DNA from: Microcoleaceae cyanobacterium
Lineage (GTDB): Bacteria; Cyanobacteriota; Cyanobacteriia; Cyanobacteriales; Microcoleaceae
Length of the DNA: 64,000 bases
Assembly: GCA_051652765.1 (NCBI GenBank)
Contig: JBOFUV010000097.1
Location: 1-64,000, forward strand
Direction of reading: 5' to 3'
The first letter of the stretch is position 1. Every line of letters begins with the position of its first letter. The position numbers and the translations under genes were made by a program. The notes beneath the pieces were generated by a model. The model saw only the letters and a list, made by a program, of their open reading frames with translations. It made no database searches and was not told the origin of the DNA. Positions 1 through 8,035 of this stretch are shown here, in pieces.

Positions 1-205
1 GCTCTCCTGCGCTGAGATCCTGAATCCGAATAGTCAGATCACTAAGCTGATTACCTTCAATGTTGACATACAGTGAACCATCCAAATAATCACCTACTGG
101 GAAATTCTCGGTTTGAGCTAAAGCAGGAGCATTGAAAGCCACAGCAAGCAAATTTGGAATGGAAACACCCAAAATCATTGATAAAGCAATTCCTCTGACA
201 TTCAT
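1..205 (-). CDS. Secreted hypothetical protein, 3' end truncated by the window edge (not in ORF track)
   Basis: Open frame from ATG at 205 to the window edge: MNVRGIALSMILGVSIPNLLAVAFNAPALAQTENFPVGDYLDGSLYVNIEG...; Sec-type signal peptide ending A-L-A/Q. Confidence 0.7.
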   Translation of the reverse strand, partial: MNVRGIALSMILGVSIPNLLAVAFNAPALAQTENFPVGDYLDGSLYVNIEGNQLSDLTIRIQDLSAGE

Positions 206-269
206 ATCTTCACACTTCAATATTCTAGTCAGGACAACAATTACCAAAAACACTAGCAACTTAATCAAT

Positions 270-755
270 TCACTGCTGAGTAGAGACAATTGCAATATCC
301 CGGAACTGGAAAATGCGACCAGCACAACCCCTGCCACCTGCTACGATTTCAAGTGCTGCCAAATCATTTACTGACTGCATCTTTCCAAAAGTTACGCTCG
401 CACTCGTCGGAATACCACGAACAAGACTTATACCGGGTCCTGTACCTGTTGCACTGCCAATCTGGGCTTCTTGGGCTACGTACTCATTACCAGCAAAATC
501 AAACGCTCTTTGTGAATTTATACCCAGTTGGCAGAAATCACTTTGTGTCGTGTCAGTAATTCGCAGATGACATCTCGTATTTTGGTTTGATCTCTCACAT
601 CGTAGAAGATCAACAGTAACTCCCCGAACTTCAATAGTTTGTTGAGAAGGCTCAATTTCATGGGCAAAAGTCGCACAGGGTGACACAGTAAAAGCTGCAA
701 GTCCAGTCAAGACAGATGTTGTAGCAAATTTTCTCACACCACTCATGATGATCAT
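270..755 (-). CDS. Secreted hypothetical protein (putative cassette gene)
   Basis: 161-aa ORF with hydrophobic N-terminal signal peptide and several Cys; lies directly downstream of the attC at 827-914. Confidence 0.7.
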   Translation of the reverse strand: MIIMSGVRKFATTSVLTGLAAFTVSPCATFAHEIEPSQQTIEVRGVTVDLLRCERSNQNTRCHLRITDTTQSDFCQLGINSQRAFDFAGNEYVAQEAQIGSATGTGPGISLVRGIPTSASVTFGKMQSVNDLAALEIVAGGRGCAGRIFQFRDIAIVSTQQ

Positions 756-826
756 CCTCTGATTGTACTGAAACTGATTTTCTTACAGATAGTCTTCTTG
801 TACCGCCCTAACCTAGGAACGAAGCC

Positions 827-914
827 AGCTAACGGCTCAAATCAGCGGCGGTAGATAACCTTAAACTTAGCACCAGAGGCTAGCAACCGTCCGCTGCATT
901 TAGAATTGTTGTGC
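827..914 (-). mobile_element. Integron attC recombination site
   Basis: Minus strand: GCACAAC (R'') ... AAT[G]CAGCGG[A]CGG ... CCGCCGCTGATT TGAGCC GTTAGCT (R'). Inverted arms with two unpaired bases, 88 bp, starting about 20 bp after the stop of 936-1793. R''-L'' spacer is 7 nt rather than the usual 5. Confidence 0.8.
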
Positions 915-935
915 AGCGCTATTACCTGTTTATCT

Positions 936-1793
936 CTACATAGCTAACCGACGATTTCCATACCATTGACCCAAATCCTGCTCAATTCCGTCTAGGATAC
1001 TAATTGCGTCTATGATTGATTTTGCATCAACCGCTAACAAAGCAAACACTGACTCAACCCGTTGTTGATAGTTTTGTGGACACAGTGGAAAGCTATTAGC
1101 AATTGCCACCGCCCCTTTCTCATTCAATAAATATTCTTCATTAAGTGCAAATAGTACCTGATTCATACAAGCAACGCTGCGGAAACAACAACCTGCTGCA
1201 TAAGCAACATCACCGCGTGTAACTGCCTTTTGGGCAATTGACAGCGAAAAACTAATCTCCCAGGCAAACTTATTAACAGTTGCTTGTTTAAGCTGAATCG
1301 GATAGGGCGTTGTCTTAGCCTTTAAAGCGTTTAAAACACCAGACGGATCGTAGAGTGGCAGACAAATAGCAACTTCACCCATATAAGTAGAAGATACAAA
1401 GCCGTGGGGATGTCCGGGTTGATAATCAATCGTGACTTGCCCTGCATAGCAATCATCAATGACACGGTTAACCTGATCCAGATCACGATAGAGAAAATCT
1501 ACAGGTAAGTTTTCTATCTGTAGCCAACCACCGCCATTAATCCATTTTCCCCACTCACCAATTGAGGTGATGAGATTTGCGCGATGGTTGTCATCCAGTT
1601 CAGAAGCCAGGTGATTCAGAGCAATCAGATCAAGAGGGTTCTCAGGCTTGTAATAAATTCCTAAATCCACATCTGATTTCTGTGTGTGGTTGCCTCGTGC
1701 CCTTGAACCACCTAGAGCGATCGCTGCAATTCCCCCAATTGACTGCAAACGATCAACAATGTGGTGGATGAACTGAGATAATTGCTGATTCAT
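936..1793 (-). CDS. Nucleotidyltransferase (DNA pol beta superfamily) domain protein, gene cassette
   Basis: GGSRARG...SDVDLG (GS-x10-DxD) motif; flanked by two attC sites. Confidence 0.85.
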   Translation of the reverse strand: MNQQLSQFIHHIVDRLQSIGGIAAIALGGSRARGNHTQKSDVDLGIYYKPENPLDLIALNHLASELDDNHRANLITSIGEWGKWINGGGWLQIENLPVDFLYRDLDQVNRVIDDCYAGQVTIDYQPGHPHGFVSSTYMGEVAICLPLYDPSGVLNALKAKTTPYPIQLKQATVNKFAWEISFSLSIAQKAVTRGDVAYAAGCCFRSVACMNQVLFALNEEYLLNEKGAVAIANSFPLCPQNYQQRVESVFALLAVDAKSIIDAISILDGIEQDLGQWYGNRRLAM

Positions 1794-1884
1794 ATTGACT
1801 CTGCTTTCACCACCAATTCAAAACAATGTCACATTAGATGCTAACAGACAGGCTTCAAATCACGCCCCCACCGATACCTTAGCC

Positions 1885-1971
1885 GCACAACGGCTGAATT
1901 GAGCGGCAGCAGATAACTTTTGTTCTCAATCAGAATACTACGCTTCTATCCGCTCCAATGATTTGTTATGC
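1885..1971 (-). mobile_element. Integron attC recombination site
   Basis: Minus strand: GCATAAC AAATC ATT[G]GAGCGG[A]TAG ... CTGCCGCTCAAT TCAGCC GTTGTGC. Canonical 5/6-nt spacers, two extrahelical bases, 87 bp. Confidence 0.85.
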
Positions 1972-2113
1972 CCCGATCGCTTATCAATTGCTTGACTTTG
2001 CGATCGCCGATAATCTCTCCGAACTTACCAACGTAGCTAACCATCTCTATTTGCCTAATCTCGGCTAGAAACTGGCAACCTGAATGGTACTATCACTTTT
2101 GGTATGACTAATT

Positions 2114-2335
2114 ATTATATTGAAATTTTCTGTGTAATTAACAACTTTAGGGTAATTACTTTGAAATTTTCTATGTAATCTACCTTAACACTACAACTAT
2201 GTTGAAACTTTCTGAGTATGTATCGTAAATTTTAGGACTATTCTGAAATTTTCTGTATATTCTCCGATGAAATGCAACAGTAACGGGCCTAGCATCGATT
2301 TATTCGGAGGATTACCTTGGAATTTTCTGTATAAA
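2114..2335. repeat. Array of five 25-bp quasi-palindromic repeats, first four at exact 41-bp period
   Basis: Copies start at 2114, 2155, 2196, 2237 and 2311; shared core AYTAYNYTGRAAYTTTCTRWRTA; 16-bp variable spacers. Confidence 0.8.
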
Positions 2336-2470
2336 CCCAAAATGGAACAACGCCCGAAAAAGCTACTGGATTAGGTGCGCGATGTGATTTGGCTCAAACA
2401 CTATGATAGAAGAAGCTATTTCTAGCTCAATAGTTGAATAAATCTGTGGTGAGTTACGTTTAAGTTCAGA

Positions 2471-2668
2471 TTGATCTCATACTAAACCCGCGTTGATCTC
2501 ACACCAAACCCGCATTGATCTCACACTAAACCCGCGTTGATCTCAAACTAAGATTAAGTTGATCGTGCTTCGCACCTGCATTGATCTCACACTAAACCCG
2601 CATTGATCTCATACTAAACCCGCGTTGATCTCATACCAAACCTGCGTTGATCTCACACCAAACCCGCA
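2471..2668. repeat. Tandem repeat, 9 x 22 bp (TTGATCTCAYACYAAACCYGCR)
   Basis: Units start at 2471, 2493, 2515, 2537, 2559, 2581, 2603, 2625 and 2647; units 4 and 5 are diverged but in register. Confidence 0.95.
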
Positions 2669-2849
2669 TTCGCATTTCACCCAACCTTGAACGGCTACTT
2701 TTCCAGGGTCTAATTCGGCGATCGCCTAGGCACACTGGCTAAAAAATCAGGCTGATAGTACTCTCCTGAATTAAGGAACTCAGGTTAATAAAGATGTCAT
2801 CTCCAACCTCACTCAGAGTCAGGAGATAGTCAGGAGATTAATTTTAGGG

Positions 2850-3401
2850 TCAGGGAAAAAGGAAGGGTTTTGCTAGCAGAAAGCTAGAAATAGATTTGGC
2901 ATCAACAGGTTCACCGTCTAGAATCGCCTGTTCCAGGTCTTGAGGAGTCATGAGAACGACTTCGATATCTTCATCCTCGTCCTGTTCGGGAGGTTTTTCT
3001 AGTTTTTCTAAATCTTGGGCGAGGAAGGCATAAATAATTTCATCTGAATATCCTGGAGCTAGAACAAACTGGCCTAACTTTCGCCACTGATGCCCGCGAT
3101 AGCCTGTTTCTTCTTCAATTTCTCGTTTAATAGTTTCTGCGGGATCTTCATCAGGTTCAATGGTTCCAGCCGGAAACTCCAAGGTTCGCCCTGAAACCGC
3201 AAACCGATATTGTTGAACTAAGACCAATTTTCCGTCAGGAGTCACAGGCACTACCAGGGCTCCGCCGGGATGCCGAATACATTCCCAGTTCCCTTCTACC
3301 CCATTCGGCAATCGCAGACGATGCACATCAAAGTCAAATTTCCGCCCCCGATAGAACAGGTGTTGTTCTAGAACAACGGGTGGCTCTGAACCTGGCTTCA
3401 T
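2850..3401 (-). CDS. NUDIX hydrolase (ADP-ribose pyrophosphatase-like)
   Basis: Nudix box GTIEPDEDPAETIKREIEEETG; ATG at 3401 preferred over the ORF-track start at 3416. Confidence 0.9.
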   Translation of the reverse strand: MKPGSEPPVVLEQHLFYRGRKFDFDVHRLRLPNGVEGNWECIRHPGGALVVPVTPDGKLVLVQQYRFAVSGRTLEFPAGTIEPDEDPAETIKREIEEETGYRGHQWRKLGQFVLAPGYSDEIIYAFLAQDLEKLEKPPEQDEDEDIEVVLMTPQDLEQAILDGEPVDAKSISSFLLAKPFLFP

Positions 3402-3405
3402 ACCT

Positions 3406-3894
3406 TTAGCCCTCAAGTTTCCATACCCCTGAACAGTCTACCATTTGAGCCAGTTGCTCAATCGTTTTTCCGGTGATCGGATCAGTCCAGTGGGGAGCGA
3501 TTTCAGCTAGCGGAATTAACACAAAGGCCCGCTCTCCCATTCGAGGATGGGGAATCTCTAGCGTTGGAGTTTTTAGCACTAAATCCTCAAACAGCAACAA
3601 ATCTAGGTCGAGAATTCTTGGGCCCCATTGTTCTTGGCGGACTCGACCAAATTTCTGTTCCACCGTCAGCAAGATATTGAGCAAGGTCTCTGCATCAACA
3701 TGAACCGCCAAGAGGGCACATCCATTGATGTAGTCAGGCTGCGGCGGGCCTACGGGTGTTGTCCGATACCAACTTGAGTGAGACCTGACCGTAATTTCAG
3801 GCCACTGATTTAAAACCTCCAACGCTGACTGCACCGTTGCTAAGGAGTCTCCCAAATTGCTCCCAAGAGCGATCGCCCCAAGACTAGAGTGCAT
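3406..3894 (-). CDS. folK: 2-amino-4-hydroxy-6-hydroxymethyldihydropteridine diphosphokinase
   Basis: ALGSNLGD, WGPRILDLDLL and IPHPRMGERAFVL motifs. Confidence 0.97.
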   Translation of the reverse strand: MHSSLGAIALGSNLGDSLATVQSALEVLNQWPEITVRSHSSWYRTTPVGPPQPDYINGCALLAVHVDAETLLNILLTVEQKFGRVRQEQWGPRILDLDLLLFEDLVLKTPTLEIPHPRMGERAFVLIPLAEIAPHWTDPITGKTIEQLAQMVDCSGVWKLEG

Positions 3895-3901
3895 GAAGGA
3901 C

Positions 3902-5107
3902 TTAACCTACGGGGACTGGTTCAGGTTGATAGCGAATGTTGGCTGCTTTCAGACGGTTGAGGGCCTCTCCCAGGCGATCGCACTCCGCAATCAAACTAAT
4001 CCGAACATAGCCCTCTCCCCCTGTGCCAAAAGCATTTCCAGGGGTAACAACAACTCCAGTTTGCTGCAGGACAGACAGGGCAAAATCTGTTGAGCCAATG
4101 CCGGGGGGACAAGGAATCCAAAGATACATGGTCGCCAGGGGTTTCGGGATGTTCCAGCCCAACTCAGCCAAGCCTTGAATCAGAAAATCTCGACGAGTTC
4201 GATAGCGAGTTTGAACCTCTGTCAAGTAGGAATCCGGTAAATTCAACGCGGTTTCGGCTGCGGTTTGAATCGCCCCGAACAAGCCATAATCCAAGTTGGT
4301 TTTCAAGGTGCGGAGTCCTTGAATCACATTCGTATTTCCGACCACAAAACCCACCCGCCAGCCAGCCATGTTGTAGGTTTTGGACAGGGTATGAAATTCA
4401 ACGCCAATGTCTTTGCCCCCTGGAATTTCGAGCAAGCTAGTGGGTTGGTAACCATCGAAGGCGAGTTCGGCATAACACAAGTCATGCACCAGTAAAATTT
4501 GATACTTGTGAGCAAACTTGACCACATCTTCAAAAAATTCACGGGGGGCTGTAGCTCCAGTGGGGTTACTGGGATAGTTGAAGAACAACATCTTGGCCTG
4601 TTCTGCTACCGTATCTGGAATATCCCCCAAGTCAATCACCCAGCCGTTCTCAGGCTTGAGCAAAATACTGTGAACCTTCCCTCCCGCAATCAAAGGGCCG
4701 CGAAAATGAGCGGGATAGGCAGGATTGGGAGTCAGCACCAGATCTCCAGGGTTGATGTAAGCCAGCGCGAGATGAGTCAACCCCTCCTTTGACCCCAACA
4801 ACGGCAAGGCTTCGCCATTTGGGTCAAGTTCAACGCCGTAGCGCCGTCGATACCAGTCGGTAATTGCCCGCCGAAAACTCCCTGTCCCCTCAAAGGGAGG
4901 GTAGCCATGATGTTCAGAATTTTGCATCGCTTGGATGGCGGCATCGACAACAGGTTGGGGTGTTGGGCCACCAGGATTACCCATGCCAAGGTCAATTAAA
5001 TCCAACCCTTGCTCACGGGCCCGAACCTTAAGTTCATCCAGGCGGGCGAACACATAGGGCGGGAGCTGCTGAACTCGATCTGCGGAGCCAATCCAATCCA
5101 AAGTCAT
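3902..5107 (-). CDS. PLP-dependent class I/II aminotransferase (aspartate aminotransferase-like)
   Basis: YPSNPTG, HDLCY and SKTYNMAGWRVG PLP-lysine motif. Confidence 0.92.
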   Translation of the reverse strand: MTLDWIGSADRVQQLPPYVFARLDELKVRAREQGLDLIDLGMGNPGGPTPQPVVDAAIQAMQNSEHHGYPPFEGTGSFRRAITDWYRRRYGVELDPNGEALPLLGSKEGLTHLALAYINPGDLVLTPNPAYPAHFRGPLIAGGKVHSILLKPENGWVIDLGDIPDTVAEQAKMLFFNYPSNPTGATAPREFFEDVVKFAHKYQILLVHDLCYAELAFDGYQPTSLLEIPGGKDIGVEFHTLSKTYNMAGWRVGFVVGNTNVIQGLRTLKTNLDYGLFGAIQTAAETALNLPDSYLTEVQTRYRTRRDFLIQGLAELGWNIPKPLATMYLWIPCPPGIGSTDFALSVLQQTGVVVTPGNAFGTGGEGYVRISLIAECDRLGEALNRLKAANIRYQPEPVPVG

Positions 5108-5159
5108 GGTTTAAATCTCAGTTGAATAGTTGTGAGTAATCAAAAACTCCGTTTGAAGT

Positions 5160-6341
5160 CTACTTCTCAGGTTTAAGGCTGGCCATTGAAGAACGGGAAT
5201 CTCCAACCGGGGCTGTCGTAGAGACCATGGCCGCCATCAGTTGTTCAGGGACAACAGTGAATGGCAACCGATGAATATCAGAGTTTTCCTGGCAGGCAAT
5301 CTCTGCTGCCTGATTCAGTTCCACAAGGTTGATAGTCTCTAAGCCGAGCTGAGTTAAGGTTTGGGGTAAGCCAATTTCAGCGTAGAACTTCAACAGTTGC
5401 TGCCTTGCCGTTGCTGCTAATTGATTCCCCTGGAGAATTTCCTCTAACCTCAGTTGTACCAAAATGCCATAAGCAACTTTTTCTCCGTGTAGGGTGCTAT
5501 GACCCTCAGCCAGATGAGTTAGCCCATTATGAACAGCATGGGCAGCTACCGTTCGGCATTGAGCCCCCCCTAACCCCCCAATCACTCCTGCGAGTAACAC
5601 GGTTGCCTCTACAACGGCTTGCCAAGGCTCCCCTCCAGGATTTTGCAGTGCCGCACTGGATTTTTGGAACAGAATATCCCGTAACACCCGTGCCTGCTGG
5701 ACGGCGGCAATCACTAGGGTTTGGTCAATATGACTACTGCTCACCGAGGCTTCGTACCATTTGGCGATCGCATCGCCAATCCCTGCGACTAAAGTTCTCT
5801 GGGGTGCAGTCTGAATCAAGCTGTAATCGAGAATCAGCAAGTTTGGACAGTGATCCAAGGGGACATCATACAGAAACGCCCCCTGATCAGAATAGACATT
5901 AGATAAAGCTGTCCAAGCTGCACAAGTTGCCCCTGAAGTTGGCACTGTCACGATAGGCAACCGACACTGATGGGCAAGGAGCTTTGCCAGATCTAGCGCT
6001 TTTCCTCCTCCTGCCCCAATCACACTATCTGCTTGATGGTGCTGAACCTGCTGCCGTAATCTCTCTAGGCTGGCTTCACTACAATTAGAACCGTAGGAGG
6101 CAAAGGCCGGAGTGAGTTGATGCTGTTCTGCGAGAGTTTGCAATGGGGATTGAACCAAGTCTAGGCTCTGATCACCTCCCACCACTAGAGGTCGAGTGCC
6201 TAACTGGGCGATCGCGCCTCCAATTCTCGGCAAGATTCCACTGCCTCGGACAACGTGTGCCGGAGCGATCGCCAAAGGGGATAGGGCGGTTGAGAGAAAC
6301 GATGGATCAGACAAGGTGTTAGAAGCCGACGGGTGAAGCAT
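5160..6341 (-). CDS. gldA: Glycerol dehydrogenase-like metal-dependent alcohol dehydrogenase
   Basis: GGGKALD, AGIGDAIAKWYE, AAHAVHNGLT and HGEKVAYG motifs; start uncertain (6341 or 6383). Confidence 0.85.
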   Translation of the reverse strand: MLHPSASNTLSDPSFLSTALSPLAIAPAHVVRGSGILPRIGGAIAQLGTRPLVVGGDQSLDLVQSPLQTLAEQHQLTPAFASYGSNCSEASLERLRQQVQHHQADSVIGAGGGKALDLAKLLAHQCRLPIVTVPTSGATCAAWTALSNVYSDQGAFLYDVPLDHCPNLLILDYSLIQTAPQRTLVAGIGDAIAKWYEASVSSSHIDQTLVIAAVQQARVLRDILFQKSSAALQNPGGEPWQAVVEATVLLAGVIGGLGGAQCRTVAAHAVHNGLTHLAEGHSTLHGEKVAYGILVQLRLEEILQGNQLAATARQQLLKFYAEIGLPQTLTQLGLETINLVELNQAAEIACQENSDIHRLPFTVVPEQLMAAMVSTTAPVGDSRSSMASLKPEK

Positions 6342-6469
6342 GGCAACTCTTTCACAGGGTCTAAACGTCCTAGCATACCGCATTTTGTCAGGAATGTTAG
6401 GTACACGTTTGAACTGTAATTGCCATTACAGCATTGATTCCAAGCCAGTTTAGCTCAATCTTTCGTGAT

Positions 6470-7417
6470 TTAGGGATTGACTCCCAAGTCCAGAGCAACC
6501 CCGACATTTTTTAAGACGTTCAGAGGAGTCAGATCCCTTAGGGTTTCTATCTGTTCACGGCTCCGCACAAATAACGTTCCCGCAAATCCCAAAGCATTGA
6601 CCGGAATTTGCTCAAACTGTTCTTGGGTTCTAGGAATGATCATCATCCAATGGCGAGTGGCCAACAAATTGTAAGGAGCTGATTGCCGACCCGTCATGCC
6701 CTGTTCTCCCTCAATTCCCAGGGTGTGCAATAAAATTTGATAGTACTCCAAAGTTGCTGCGGCTCCATCAACCGTAGCCTTAGCCCAAGTTGGATGAAGT
6801 CGGACAATCCCATGAACAAAGGGAAATCTAGGTACGATACCAATCACTCCTCGGTACTGAACCGAAGCAATGGCAGGCTCAATGGGAAGATTAATTCCTG
6901 TATTGACTAAGGGAAAAGGAACCAACTGTAAATGTTTGTGGCGCTGACTAGCTCCAGCAAGTTGACCCCCATTGTAAAACACCAATCCATCTTGCTCCGC
7001 TAAACAGACCCACATCGCCTCAAAATCATGGAGGGTGAGCAAATTTTCCTGTTCTTCAAAGTCACGAGTGACGATCAACACATGATGATCCACTACGTTG
7101 AACTTGTTCAGCAAACACAAATGAGTGACCGACAGGTCAGCAACGAACAAATCCTGATCGTAGGGCAGAAAGGGGTTGAACTCCTTTTCGGTTGCAGACT
7201 TTCGCTCCTTTTGTTGAACAGCATCGATGTCTGCAAGGGCAATCTCTTTATGGGCAAGCTCTTTCCGGATCAGATTTGTTGAAACCCTGACCAGAAAGCT
7301 GATGCCCTCTTGCTCAATCCATACAGACTCCGTAGGAATGAACTGCAATGCACCGCACTGCAAGGCATATTGGGCTTGTTCCTCAACTTTTCCCCACAAA
7401 CTATCAGGTTTCAGCAT
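6470..7417 (-). CDS. ATP adenylyltransferase / Ap4A phosphorylase II family
   Basis: NPFLPY, LLNKFNV, AGASQRHKHLQ and NALGFAG motifs. Confidence 0.9.
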   Translation of the reverse strand: MLKPDSLWGKVEEQAQYALQCGALQFIPTESVWIEQEGISFLVRVSTNLIRKELAHKEIALADIDAVQQKERKSATEKEFNPFLPYDQDLFVADLSVTHLCLLNKFNVVDHHVLIVTRDFEEQENLLTLHDFEAMWVCLAEQDGLVFYNGGQLAGASQRHKHLQLVPFPLVNTGINLPIEPAIASVQYRGVIGIVPRFPFVHGIVRLHPTWAKATVDGAAATLEYYQILLHTLGIEGEQGMTGRQSAPYNLLATRHWMMIIPRTQEQFEQIPVNALGFAGTLFVRSREQIETLRDLTPLNVLKNVGVALDLGVNP

Positions 7418-7455
7418 GAATTCAGCATTGATTTCTTCGTGACTTTTCGTTAAGC

Positions 7456-7590
7456 TAGAGCGGTTTTTAACTCAGCGGGGGAGATCTCAGCGACTCAAGT
7501 CCCCTTTTTCTAGACGCGAAGCGGCTTCTCGTCAGAGTAGAGAACGTTAGAGGGATTGTTCCTAATTGTATCTGAACAAAAACGGCTGTA
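7456..7590. mobile_element. MITE-like element
   Basis: Imperfect 13-bp terminal inverted repeats TAGAGCGGTTTTT / AAAAACGGCTGTA (11/13); 135 bp; non-coding; internal GGGGGA...TCCCC. Confidence 0.45.
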
Positions 7591-8035
7591 ACTCAGATAA
7601 GCTAACTCAAAATTGGGATATGGGGCAAGAAGCCTTGAAGATTCCTTGCTCAACTATGATAAGTCATGAACGAGGTCTCTCAACATCCCACAAGTTAAAG
7701 TGCAAGGGATTCTCAGACTTTACCTGTTTACGGTCGGGCAACAGATAAACTTTAAGCGTAGAATAGGGAAGAGGGAAAATGCGTAGCTCAATATAGTTTC
7801 TAAACTCTGCACTTCCCTGGGGCATGAACTTATTAAGGTGAACTTATCAAAAACCTCTGTAGAGGCATAGCAGACCTCGCCTTTGTGGTAGCTCTCGATT
7901 TTCAAAGTCGTCTATTGTAGCCCCTCAAGGAAAGCACCTAAGAGAAATAAGCTCCATACTCTAGTCCTGTCATTCTGATTCACTCTTTCATACAAACTCT
8001 TTCATACAAACTCTTTCATACAAGAAGTTGACCCC

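Noticed and set aside
2114..2668. CRISPR array
   Set aside because: The 22-bp units have no spacers; the 41-bp array has only 16-bp spacers and degenerate repeats; no cas genes in the window
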